Below are positions 37,328 through 47,334 of a stretch of DNA of 64,000 bases, piece after piece; the first letter of the stretch is position 1; each line of letters begins with the position of its first letter. The stretch lies in contig JAHFJN010000001.1 in the NCBI GenBank assembly GCA_023245865.1, positions 263,649 through 327,648 on the forward strand, in the 5' to 3' direction. The notes under the pieces were generated by a model. The model did not search any database and was not told the DNA's origin. It saw nothing but the letters and a program-made list of their open reading frames with translations. Position numbers and translations under genes: made by a program. This stretch comes from Candidatus Peribacteria bacterium. GTDB taxonomy: Bacteria; Patescibacteriota; Gracilibacteria; Peribacterales; Peribacteraceae.

Positions 37328-37402
37328 TGGTGGCCCAGGCCGGGATCGAACCGGCGACACCTCGCTCTTCAGGCGAGTGCTCTACCACTGAGCTACCGGG
37401 CC
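37328..37402 (-). tRNA. tRNA-Phe (anticodon GAA), CCA encoded
   Basis: Reverse complement: GGCCCGG TA GCTC AGTGGTA GAGC A CTCGC CTGAAGA GCGAG GTGTC GCCGG TTCGATC CCGGC CTGGGCC ACCA. Confidence 0.9.
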
Positions 37403-37647
37403 ATAGGGAAATGGTAGTGGAATTTGGCAATACGACAAGTTCTCGTTTTGTAGCTACAATACATCTAAGGAAAATCACATTCCGAACCATGTATGGGATC
37501 GTCTTCCTGATTCAACAAAGATTTGGGCACTCTAGAAGACGAATACGATGCACGCTGGGCAAAAGATCCACTTGTCAGTGCATGGAAGCTTCAAAGAGAT
37601 AAATAGGTACTCATAGAAATGGCATTTCCGAAGTTCCAATTCCCGAA

Positions 37648-37677
37648 TGGTGGAGCTTTCCGAACCAATCTCGAACT
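37648..37677 (-). repeat. tRNA 3'-end-like repeat, copy A
   Basis: TGGTGGAGCTTTCCGAACCAATCTCGAACT. The first 10 nt equal the complement of the tRNA-Ala 3' end (40104-40113). A degenerate tandem half-copy TTTCCGAAGTTCCAATTCCCGAA lies just upstream (37625-37647). Confidence 0.6.
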
Positions 37678-37693
37678 ACATTGAATTACAGCC

Positions 37694-38095
37694 TTACTGT
37701 TGCTCTTTCGATTTGTACCTAAGAGGTGAGTTTGCATCTCCGTTGTGTGACATTACCTTTGATAAAAGAAAGGCTGTGGCTGTCTCATTGAGAAGCGGAT
37801 CGTTTTCTGTAACCTCGGTGATTTTCGTAACCTGATTGCAATTATCTCTACCCTCACCCGCAAGAAAGCGACAAAAGCCGTTGATAGCTTCTCGGAATTT
37901 CCCGCGTTCATCTTGTATCACTGAGTTAGGTTGATCTCCATGCATTTCAAGAAAACCGTCTAAAATTGTTTTGCCTAAGCCGTCTTTTGTATCGAGTACC
38001 AATTCCTGCGCTGTGCCGGGTATTGCAGGCAAATACATCCCATCAGCAGCAGAACCTAACATTGGATATCCTTCGACTAAGACTTTGAAACGCAT
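37694..38095 (-). CDS. Hypothetical protein
   Basis: Listed ORF 37694-38203 begins with TTG directly after a terminator hairpin. The first ATG (MRFKVLVEGYP..) is at 38095. No recognisable motifs. Confidence 0.45.
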   Translation of the reverse strand: MRFKVLVEGYPMLGSAADGMYLPAIPGTAQELVLDTKDGLGKTILDGFLEMHGDQPNSVIQDERGKFREAINGFCRFLAGEGRDNCNQVTKITEVTENDPLLNETATAFLLSKVMSHNGDANSPLRYKSKEQQ

Positions 38096-38210
38096 AGGTG
38101 GATATTTTAACTGTTGTAGTATTTTTGTCAAGTGCAGTGCAGAGCTGGAGGGGCTTGAACCAGTGAGTATGCAAAGTCGCACGAAGTGTGCAGACTCGTT
38201 CAAGGTGCAT

Positions 38211-38232
38211 CAAAAAAGCGCCAAGTGGCGCT
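38211..38232 (-). terminator. Rho-independent terminator (minus strand)
   Basis: Minus strand reads AGCGCC-ACTT-GGCGCT followed by TTTTTT (plus strand AAAAAAGCGCCAAGTGGCGCT). Confidence 0.55.
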
Positions 38233-38365
38233 TTCTGATCAAACTGATCAAAGTGTGCATAGTTGTCATTGGCTGCGCTACGTGATCGTGCGCAGGGACG
38301 TAAAGCGACTGCGTCGCTACGTCCCACGTAAAATAGCTGCTCGCTTCGCTGTGCGCGATTTTACG

Positions 38366-38395
38366 TGGTGGAGCTGTAGGGATCAATTTCGAACT
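38366..38395 (-). repeat. tRNA 3'-end-like repeat, copy B
   Basis: TGGTGGAGCTGTAGGGATCAATTTCGAACT. The first 11 nt are identical to tRNA-Ala 40104-40114. The last 25 nt are identical to copy C. Confidence 0.7.
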
Positions 38396-38541
38396 CGACA
38401 GGCCTACAAAAGTGGATCCGCTTGAACGGTCAGAAAAGCTCATCGGGCTGAGGAATTCTCTGGATTTTGTAAAAAATATTCTCAAGAGTGCAGAAGCCAT
38501 GAAATGTACTCTTACGCTATGAAATGTTGTGGGTCGTCAAT

Positions 38542-38566
38542 GAGCTGTAGGGATCAATTTCGAACT
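38542..38566 (-). repeat. tRNA 3'-end-like repeat, copy C
   Basis: GAGCTGTAGGGATCAATTTCGAACT, 25/25 identical to 38371-38395. Confidence 0.7.
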
Positions 38567-38599
38567 TTTTGATCCACAGGTTAAGAGTAAGATTGAGGT

Positions 38600-38857
38600 A
38601 TGAAAAAAGTCTCAAAAGCTCTACGCAAAGAGAAAAAATCCAAGCAGGAGCCTGCCTCTTTTCACATTTTGGATATATTGTTTGGAGCAAGATCGGCTGC
38701 TGCGATCAGCTATTTTGGGGGACTTCTTGTCTTTGCATCCACGCAATCTGTTCCAGGCATAGGTACTGATGGTCATGGCAATTTAAATTTTGGCCGAGCA
38801 CCGTACTATTTCATCGCCGAAGTGTTCCGTCTTTTACAAGGTGGGGATTGTTTTTAA
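38600..38857 (+). CDS. Hypothetical small protein with one hydrophobic segment
   Basis: 85-aa ORF. GAGG lies 4 nt upstream of the ATG. Lys-rich N-terminus, then AAAISYFGGLLVFAS. Confidence 0.4.
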   Translation: MKKVSKALRKEKKSKQEPASFHILDILFGARSAAAISYFGGLLVFASTQSVPGIGTDGHGNLNFGRAPYYFIAEVFRLLQGGDCF

Positions 38858-38969
38858 TTGCTCTTGGTTTTGCTTTGCAGTTTACAGATGGCTTTCGATA
38901 TAGAAATCGGATACCCATCATTATCGGATGTGTGATTCCATTTCTTTTTCGTCTTTTCAGTACGTCCCA

Positions 38970-39776
38970 TTAGTCAGTTGTCGAAGCTGCAATTCCCACA
39001 AATCGCCCATCGGGCAGATACAACGTCCAAAAGAAACTACCCCACCATTCTTTGCCAGCATCAAAATAATTGGAGCAGTCCGTATTCCACCTGTAGATCA
39101 CCGCATCAGATGGAAGGTCACCCAATACTGTCTTAACCATCTCATCGAATAACTGCTGCAATTCGATACCGTGGATTCTCACACTGTATGGCGGCTCCGA
39201 AAAGGAGTATGCATATCCCTCATGCTGTGGTGATGTGCCAGCACTGAAGACAATATTCTTTTTGGATTCTTCCTCTCCTGCTCGAAAATAATCATTCAAG
39301 AAATCCCGATGTCGCCCTCGGGCAAACAAATGTTTTGTTTTTATATCAAAATACGGTCCCAAGAATTGCTCCATTGTTATACGCTCTCCGGTCATCCCAT
39401 CGGTTTTGTATGTCATATGCCAGTAGGTGCCTGGGTCCTTGTGTTCATTCTTGAATTCAACGACAACATCTTTACCTTCTTCTTTAATCGAAATGATGAG
39501 GTCTTTATTTCCGAATGTTTTCAGAGCTTCATCTATCGATTTGCAATCCTTGTATTGCATAAACAGGCTGTCTTTCGAAACATGTTCGCCAACTTCCTGT
39601 TCGCGTTTTTTCTGTAATGTATCCAAAGTCAAAATAGCAGCTTCACGATGTGCTTCTTCTGTGCTTCCTAAGGCACCTTCGCCATTGATTAAGACGTGAT
39701 CAATTACACCACCAATTTCCCTGTATTTATTCAATACACTCTCCTCAGCCGGAGATAACTGCTGGATAGCTTTCAT
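38970..39776 (-). CDS. Hypothetical protein (no signal peptide; Trp-rich C-terminal block)
   Basis: 268-aa ORF. C-terminus: YRWNTDCSNYFDAGKEWWGSFFWTLYLPDGRF. I cannot assign a family from memory with confidence. Confidence 0.6.
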   Translation of the reverse strand: MKAIQQLSPAEESVLNKYREIGGVIDHVLINGEGALGSTEEAHREAAILTLDTLQKKREQEVGEHVSKDSLFMQYKDCKSIDEALKTFGNKDLIISIKEEGKDVVVEFKNEHKDPGTYWHMTYKTDGMTGERITMEQFLGPYFDIKTKHLFARGRHRDFLNDYFRAGEEESKKNIVFSAGTSPQHEGYAYSFSEPPYSVRIHGIELQQLFDEMVKTVLGDLPSDAVIYRWNTDCSNYFDAGKEWWGSFFWTLYLPDGRFVGIAASTTD

Positions 39777-40015
39777 ACGGTTACTATATCAGAGATTCTC
39801 TAATATAACCTTGTCCCATCCTCATCAATCTTTATGACATTAGGATCATCCAATGGTTCCTGCTCCTGAATCTCTTTCATAAGGAGTAATAGACCGATGA
39901 CATTGGTAAAATCGTAGTTTTTCCATTTCGCAGGAAGCTTGTCTCTAAAGTCGTCCATAGTGGGCAAACCGTTGCTCTCCTATGCAAAGATTGCAACTCA
40001 GTGGACTGGACTTAA

Positions 40016-40037
40016 GTTCGAATCCCTTCAGCTCGAG
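40016..40037 (+). repeat. Inverted tRNA-Ala-3'-end-like fragment
   Basis: GTTCGAATCCCTTCAGCTCGAG on the plus strand resembles the sense 3' end of tRNA-Ala (GTTCGACTCCCCTCAGCTCCA), but in the opposite orientation to the gene about 70 nt away. Confidence 0.5.
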
Positions 40038-40103
40038 CTGTTCCTCTTCAAACTGACTTTTGCTCTTCAGATAAACGAAAAGTCTGTGTTGTGTCATATT
40101 CGT

Positions 40104-40179
<76 letters not shown>

Positions 40180-40231
40180 AACAAGTGAAGTATGAATCAA
40201 GTAATAAGAATTATGAAGAGCATTTGAATTC

Positions 40232-40265
40232 AAAAAAACCACCACCCCACAGAGCAGGGTGGTGG
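40232..40265 (-). terminator. Rho-independent terminator (minus strand)
   Basis: Minus strand: CCACCACCC-loop-GGGTGGTGG followed by TTTTTTT. It lies downstream of the small ORF 40309-40521. Confidence 0.6.
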
Positions 40266-40308
40266 CCGGACAACTTAGTCCTTTCTGGCAGACTCATGCT
40301 TCGTGGTG

Positions 40309-40521
40309 CTACGTCGCGACACGAAGTTTGTGGGTTCTCCAATGTAAGCTCGTCAAGCGATTCTCGCTCCGAGTAATGCTCGCCGCGTTCGTCAGGGCAC
40401 TGACTTGCGCGTTCTGATGGACCGTCATCGTGCTTGCCATTCTTTCTTGTGCTGGCACGACACTGAAGCCGAGGGCCACGACTGCTATCAGCAGTAGTGG
40501 CACGAGTAACTTCCGATACAT
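40309..40521 (-). CDS. Small secreted protein (70 aa)
   Basis: In frame with listed ORF 40309-40554. ATG 40521 gives MYRKLLVPLLLIAVVALGFSVVPAQE (signal peptide). GGAG lies 7 nt upstream. Confidence 0.45.
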   Translation of the reverse strand: MYRKLLVPLLLIAVVALGFSVVPAQERMASTMTVHQNAQVSALTNAASITRSENRLTSLHWRTHKLRVAT

Positions 40522-40665
40522 GATCGTTCTCCATCTTGAGAAATGTGGACTCAAAAATCACTTGTCCTTGCAAAGCAGGAAACAACCCCCTTTCTCGTCT
40601 GCTCGTGGTTTAAAGGACCAAGCCTAGTGCGAGTATAGAATAGAGACAGATGCCGTCAACGCTTT

Positions 40666-42395
<1,730 letters not shown>

Positions 42396-42442
42396 GCATA
42401 AATACTCTTCTAAAGTAGATTTGGTGTCAATTCTACATTCTA

Positions 42443-42471
42443 TTGACCAAGTAGTTTTGTCACTCTACAGT
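42443..42471 (+). promoter_or_regulatory. Putative dnaK promoter
   Basis: TTGACC (42443-42448), 17-nt spacer, TACAGT (42466-42471). Confidence 0.55.
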
Positions 42472-42483
42472 AGCGAGTGATAA
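42457..42483 (+). promoter_or_regulatory. CIRCE-like operator upstream of dnaK
   Basis: TTGTCACTC-N9-GAGTGATAA. The right half is identical to the groES CIRCE right half. The left half has 2 mismatches to consensus. Confidence 0.7.
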
Positions 42484-42520
42484 TTTCATTCTACATTCTT
42501 CATTTTACATTCTACATTCT
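42484..42520 (+). repeat. CATTCTACAT/CATTTTACAT repeat block in the dnaK 5' leader, right arm of the inverted repeats
   Basis: CATTCTACAT at 42487-42496 and 42508-42517, CATTTTACAT at 42501-42510. An extra AATTCTACATTC lies at 42429-42440. Confidence 0.7.
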
Positions 42521-42526
42521 ATCTCT

Positions 42527-44425
42527 ATGTCAAAAATCATTGGAATCGACCTTGGCACCACAAACTCCTGCGTCTCTGTCATTGAGGGCGGAGAACCCGT
42601 CGTGATACCAAACGCAGAAGGTAACCGAACAACTCCTTCTGTCGTTGGATTCAAAGATTCCGAAGTACTTGTGGGAGTTTCTGCGAAGAGACAAGCAGTG
42701 ACGAATCCAAAAAATACGATTTATTCCGCAAAGCGATTCATCGGTCATCGCTACAGTGAGGTGGAAAAGGAGGCAAAACAGATGCCTTTTGAGGTCAAGC
42801 GAGGGAAGGAAGACCGTGCAGTCATCGTCGTAAATGGCAAAGAAATGCTACCGCAGGAAGTGAGTGCGAAGGTTCTGCAGAAACTGAAAAACGACGCAGA
42901 GGCTTTCCTTGGAGGCAAGGTCGAGAAGGCCGTGATCACCGTCCCCGCATACTTCGATGACTCACAACGGCAAGCGACAAAAGAAGCGGGGCAAATAGCT
43001 GGACTCGAGGTTGTCCGCATCATAAACGAACCGACCGCTGCCGCACTCGCGTACGGACTCGACAAGGGGAAAGAGCAGAAGATTGCAGTGTACGACCTCG
43101 GTGGAGGTACATTCGATATTTCTGTCCTCGAACTTGGTGATGGTGTCTTTGAAGTATTGGCAACGAATGGCGACACGCACTTGGGAGGTGATGATTTTGA
43201 TCAGGTGATCATGGATTGGATTCTTGGTGAATTTAAAAAGGAGAGTGGCGTGGATTTGAGTAAAGACAAGATAGCAATCCAACGCTTAAAGGAGTCCGCA
43301 GAGAAGGCAAAGATAGAGCTGTCATCTGCAACGGAAACCGAAATCAATTTGCCCTTCATTACGGCCGATGCCTCCGGGCCAAAACATCTCCTTATGAAGC
43401 TTTCCCGTGCAAAGCTCGAATCGCTTGTTGCACCCCTCATCGATAAGACATTGGCGCCATGCCTTAAAGTCCTCAAAGATGCAAAAGTCAGCAAGAGCGA
43501 CATCCAAGAAGTAGTCCTCGTCGGCGGTATGACGCGGATGCCCAGAGTCATCGAGAAAGTGAAGGAGATCTTTGGTAAGGAACCACATAAGGGTGTGAAC
43601 CCTGATGAAGTCGTCGCAATAGGCGCTGCGATTCAGGCGGGAGTGCTTGGTGGAGACATCAATAAGGACATCGTTCTCGTGGACGTGACACCCTTGAGCC
43701 TTGGTATCGAAACGCTCGGCGGTGTCGCAACGAAACTCATCGAACGAAATACGAAGATTCCGACGAGCAAATCGCAAATCTTTTCGACAGCAGCAGACAA
43801 TCAACCCTCGGTCGAAATTCACATCACACAAGGAGAACGTGAACTTGCGAAGGACAATAAATCACTCGGTCGCTTCATCCTCGATGGCATTCCACCCTCA
43901 CCACGCGGCATTCCGCAGATAGAAGTCAGTCTTGATCTCGACAGCAATGGAATCCTCAATGTGAAGGCAGCGGATAAAGGAACGGGAAAGACGCAGCACA
44001 TCACGATTCAAGGATCGACGGGCTTGAGCAAGGACGAAGTGGAGAAAATGCGCAAAGACGCCGAGATGCATGCAGAAGAAGACAAGCAGAAGCGCGAATT
44101 GATCGACACGCGTAACGGCGCAGATGCATTCATGTTCAATCTTGAGAAGCAAATGCGCGAGCACGATGCGAAAATTCCCGATGAATCTAAGAAAACAATC
44201 AATGAAAAAATGAACGGTCTTCGAGATACCCTTAAAAAAGAAGATGCCACCTCAGAGGAAATCAAGGATAAAATGGATCAGCTCGCAGCAGCCTCGCAAG
44301 AAATCGGCAAGATTGTGTACGAGGAGGCGGCGAAGAAAACTGCGGATGAAAGTAAGGGAGCAGAAAAGAAGGAGGATAAGGTTGTTGATGCGGAAGTGGT
44401 GGATGACAAGAAGCAAGAGAGCTGA
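42527..44425 (+). CDS. dnaK: Chaperone DnaK (Hsp70)
   Basis: 632 aa: [40 protein letters not shown]. Confidence 0.98.
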   Translation: MSKIIGIDLGTTNSCVSVIEGGEPVVIPNAEGNRTTPSVVGFKDSEVLVGVSAKRQAVTNPKNTIYSAKRFIGHRYSEVEKEAKQMPFEVKRGKEDRAVIVVNGKEMLPQEVSAKVLQKLKNDAEAFLGGKVEKAVITVPAYFDDSQRQATKEAGQIAGLEVVRIINEPTAAALAYGLDKGKEQKIAVYDLGGGTFDISVLELGDGVFEVLATNGDTHLGGDDFDQVIMDWILGEFKKESGVDLSKDKIAIQRLKESAEKAKIELSSATETEINLPFITADASGPKHLLMKLSRAKLESLVAPLIDKTLAPCLKVLKDAKVSKSDIQEVVLVGGMTRMPRVIEKVKEIFGKEPHKGVNPDEVVAIGAAIQAGVLGGDINKDIVLVDVTPLSLGIETLGGVATKLIERNTKIPTSKSQIFSTAADNQPSVEIHITQGERELAKDNKSLGRFILDGIPPSPRGIPQIEVSLDLDSNGILNVKAADKGTGKTQHITIQGSTGLSKDEVEKMRKDAEMHAEEDKQKRELIDTRNGADAFMFNLEKQMREHDAKIPDESKKTINEKMNGLRDTLKKEDATSEEIKDKMDQLAAASQEIGKIVYEEAAKKTADESKGAEKKEDKVVDAEVVDDKKQES

Positions 44426-44446
44426 AAGACATGTAATCGGAGAATG

Positions 44447-44471
44447 GGGCTCAAACGAGCCCTTTTCTTTT
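44447..44471 (+). terminator. Rho-independent terminator of dnaK
   Basis: GGGCTC-AAAC-GAGCCC followed by TTTTCTTTT. Confidence 0.7.
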
Positions 44472-44501
44472 GTTTGACTGGATGAAATAATAGTTTTAAC
44501 C

Positions 44502-45557
44502 ATGGCAAGCAATAACAAAATGAAAGAGCCGATACACGAGCTTAGAAGTAACATAGGCTATGGGAAGAAAAGACGAGAGATTCTGCGGTTACTGCAAGAT
44601 CCGATTCAGACAGAAATCTGTCGTTTATTTTCAGATGAGCACTTGTATGCTCACGAAATTGAGAAGAGGCTCAATGGACAACTGGCATTGGACGAAGAGC
44701 TAAAGGAACCAACCAGATCTCAAATTGTGAGAGAAGTTATCACACATTCCATACCCACTGAGGAACGAATTGCCATTGAAAAAATACAATGGGAGAGAAC
44801 ATATAGACATCGAGTCAATACTCCAGCAAAGCTAGCTCGAGATAGATATCAACGTAAAATTGGCTGTGTTGTTTTCACGGATACAGAACTCGAATACATG
44901 TTGAAAATTCGCAAACAAAAGAGAATGCAAAAAGGGCCAATCCATTGTGACAATGAAAAAATAGCAAATGCCATGAATGACCGTTTTTGCACAAGCAGGT
45001 TCACTGCAGATAACTGCAGGCAGAAATTTGCAAATTACAACATTGCACTAAGAAAGCGCACAGAGAGGAGTCAGGAAATTATTGCTCCGACTGTCACCAA
45101 GGCGATGATCAATCCTCAAGGCGAAGGTCACTTCCTTCTTTCAGTGATTCGTTGGACCATGCTTTCGGCAGAGTTGGAGACAATTGATGTAAATCAAGAC
45201 ATTCTTTCAAGAGCCATCAGCACTATCGAAGGTTTTTTGAAAACAAGAGAGTGGGAGCATGCGATAAATATTATTTGTGCTACGTACTCAAAATACACGC
45301 CCGATGTTATCCACATCCTGGAATTCGTATTGGCATGCTGTTACTTGGAGACAGGAAAAACGCAGGATGCAGAATTCGCTTTCAGACGCTGTGCTGAGTA
45401 CAAGTCAGGACCCTTGATAGGGAGAATCCAACAGGCAAGACAGAGTGTGAATTCAAATCCTGTCGCCGATATATTCTGCAAGCTCAACGAGGCGACTGCT
45501 GTACCCCCACTCGTTGTCGTACCACCCGAAGACCTTGGCGAGGTTGCCTTGTCCTGA
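44502..45557 (+). CDS. Hypothetical protein (A/T-rich orphan ORF)
   Basis: 351-aa ORF with no recognisable motifs. Its last ~35 codons run antisense through the 3' end of the gap gene. Confidence 0.5.
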   Translation: MASNNKMKEPIHELRSNIGYGKKRREILRLLQDPIQTEICRLFSDEHLYAHEIEKRLNGQLALDEELKEPTRSQIVREVITHSIPTEERIAIEKIQWERTYRHRVNTPAKLARDRYQRKIGCVVFTDTELEYMLKIRKQKRMQKGPIHCDNEKIANAMNDRFCTSRFTADNCRQKFANYNIALRKRTERSQEIIAPTVTKAMINPQGEGHFLLSVIRWTMLSAELETIDVNQDILSRAISTIEGFLKTREWEHAINIICATYSKYTPDVIHILEFVLACCYLETGKTQDAEFAFRRCAEYKSGPLIGRIQQARQSVNSNPVADIFCKLNEATAVPPLVVVPPEDLGEVALS

Positions 45558-46484
45558 GCCTGTCGAAGTGGCAACGACCTGCGTGAGTGCAGGGTCAAAA
45601 ATGCAACTGTGACTGTCTCCAACGATGTCGTTGGAAACAATGGGCCTTTTTTCGACTCTGAGGATGCCCTTGAGTGGCTTCGTAGATGCTGCCTTCTCGA
45701 ATGCAGCGTTGATAGATTCTACGGACATGGGTTTTGCAGATACAATCGTAAGATCATTGAGGCTGCCGGTCGGAGTCGGAACTCGGATCGCAATTCCGTT
45801 GAGTTTGCCATTGAGCTCCGGGATCACAAGCCCTATCGCCTTTGCGGCGCCGGTGCTTGTCGGCACAATATTGACTGCAGCCGCACGCGCTCTGCGAAGA
45901 TCCGCGTGCGGGAGATCAAGCAAATTCTGATCATTCGTGTAGCTGTGCACGGTCGTCATGAGTCCGTGCATAATGCCAAAGCTATCATGCAAAACCTTTG
46001 CCATCGGCGCGAGGCAGTTTGTGGTGCAGGACGCATTACTTATAACGTTCATGGCTGCAGGGTCATAGATGGCTTCATTGACGCCCATACAGATGGTTGC
46101 ATCTGCCTTATCCTTACAGGGAGCCGAGATGATGACTTTTTTCGCACCTGCTTTTATGTGGAGTGCCGCTTCGTCGCGCTTGGTGAACCGACCCGTGCAT
46201 TCGAGCACAACATCGACCTTCAAATCCTTGTGTGGCAGAGTGGCGGGATCTTTTATTGCGGTAATGGCGATTGATTTTCCCCTCACAACAATGGAATCTG
46301 CCGTCGAAGAAACGTTGCCACCTGCGTAAGTTCCGTAACTCGAATCAAATTCAAAGAGGTGAGCGAGCGTCGCAGGATCTGTCAGATCATTAATGAGCAC
46401 CACGTGAAGGTCGGGGTGTTTTTCGAGAATGATCCGTAGCACTTGCCTTCCAATTCTCCCAAATCCATTGATTGCTATATTCAT
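45453..46484 (-). CDS. gapA: Glyceraldehyde-3-phosphate dehydrogenase, GapA-like
   Basis: 343 aa: INGFGRIGR, LINDLTD (Asp after the first beta-alpha-beta, as in NAD-type enzymes), SNASCTTNC, WYDNEWGYS. Confidence 0.93.
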   Translation of the reverse strand: MNIAINGFGRIGRQVLRIILEKHPDLHVVLINDLTDPATLAHLFEFDSSYGTYAGGNVSSTADSIVVRGKSIAITAIKDPATLPHKDLKVDVVLECTGRFTKRDEAALHIKAGAKKVIISAPCKDKADATICMGVNEAIYDPAAMNVISNASCTTNCLAPMAKVLHDSFGIMHGLMTTVHSYTNDQNLLDLPHADLRRARAAAVNIVPTSTGAAKAIGLVIPELNGKLNGIAIRVPTPTGSLNDLTIVSAKPMSVESINAAFEKAASTKPLKGILRVEKRPIVSNDIVGDSHSCIFDPALTQVVATSTGSGQGNLAKVFGWYDNEWGYSSRLVELAEYIGDRI

Positions 46485-46489
46485 AGTGG

Positions 46490-47314
46490 CTAGATTGTAG
46501 CGAAGGTTCTCTGAAGCAACAACGTATCCACCTCCATCAAAGGGGATTCACACACAAGTACTCCGCCTATCTCCCTTTTTTTGAGAACGCGGAGAAAATC
46601 TTCCCACTGCGCATCACTTTCTTGCAGCGGCACATGATGTTTTTCGCCCTTTGCACCATACGCTATACCGGAGTAGTGGAGGTGCATGTGCCTCAGAGAC
46701 TTCGAGCCCAAATATTCCTGATAAAGGTCGAACATTTCATTCCATTCCTTGGTGCTGTTCACGGCACCGCCGGCACGCGCATGCAGATGCGCCGCATCAA
46801 TGCAGGGGTACAGACCGAATTCCTTGCTCACTGTAAGTACCTCCTGCATCGTACCAAATTGCGACTGCTTACCCATCGTTTCATACGCAAGATTGACATG
46901 CGGGAAGAGTGTATGTTTCTGCTTCATGATGTCATCAGTCGCTTTGCGGACATTTTCGAGACAATGCTCGGGGCTGGAGCCAAGATAGAAGGCGGCATGC
47001 ACACAAACGGATGCCGCCCCTGAGAGCTCTGCCATACTGAGTGCATCGACAATTCTTTTGATGCTCGCAGATCTCTTTTTAGGATCGGGCGTGTTGAGGT
47101 TGATGTAGTACGGCGCGTGAACAGTCAGTTGAAATGAAAGTGAGTGCGCAATAGCCGCAATTGCACGCATGTGAGTTGGATTCAAGGGTACACGCTGAAC
47201 CCACTCCATTTCCATAGCACGAATACCCATGGTGTCGGCATGCTTGATACCCTCGATTGTCCCGCCGGTTCCGGGGGTCGATTTCGGTACGCCGGGCGTT
47301 GCGAACGTGAGCAT
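46490..47314 (-). CDS. Xylose-isomerase-like TIM-barrel protein, endonuclease IV (AP endonuclease 2)-like
   Basis: Listed ORF extends to 47353. ATG 47314 (MLTFATPGVP..) avoids overlap with cca. It has His-rich metal-site blocks VHAPYYINL, CIDAAHLHA and HLHYSG. Confidence 0.75.
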   Translation of the reverse strand: MLTFATPGVPKSTPGTGGTIEGIKHADTMGIRAMEMEWVQRVPLNPTHMRAIAAIAHSLSFQLTVHAPYYINLNTPDPKKRSASIKRIVDALSMAELSGAASVCVHAAFYLGSSPEHCLENVRKATDDIMKQKHTLFPHVNLAYETMGKQSQFGTMQEVLTVSKEFGLYPCIDAAHLHARAGGAVNSTKEWNEMFDLYQEYLGSKSLRHMHLHYSGIAYGAKGEKHHVPLQESDAQWEDFLRVLKKREIGGVLVCESPLMEVDTLLLQRTFATI

Positions 47315-47334
47315 GGACGAACTATAGTTTCGGT

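Noticed and set aside
37258-37602. ORFs 37258-37602 (+) and 37278-37490 (-) across tRNA-Phe
   Set aside because: They overlap the tRNA-Phe gene and are spurious.
37648-37741. Possible 94-nt class II tRNA or tRNA-Sec-like gene on the minus strand, ending in AGCTCCACCA
   Set aside because: The acceptor pairing has two mismatches in seven. No D-arm or T-arm (no GTTCRANYC flanked by a 5-bp stem) can be drawn. I treat it as a tRNA-derived repeat.
38366-38720. tmRNA hypothesis, because TGGTGGAGCTG resembles the complement of a tRNA-like 3' end
   Set aside because: No canonical T-arm follows the acceptor strand. No matching 5' strand (CAGCCCC-type complement) lies 300-400 nt to the right, and no tag-peptide reading frame was evident.
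39800-39958. 52-aa minus-strand ORF (MDDFRDKLPAKWKNYDFTNVIGLLLLMKEIQEQEPLDDPNVIKIDEDGTRLY) just upstream of 38970-39776
   Set aside because: It has no convincing ribosome-binding site or -10 box at a suitable distance, and it is too short to score. I mention it only as possible islet cargo.
40211-40585. 124-aa minus-strand ORF
   Set aside because: It is an alternative frame over the same DNA as the 70-aa ORF. The 70-aa ORF has a GGAG ribosome-binding site, a signal peptide and a downstream terminator, while the 124-aa product has no such support.
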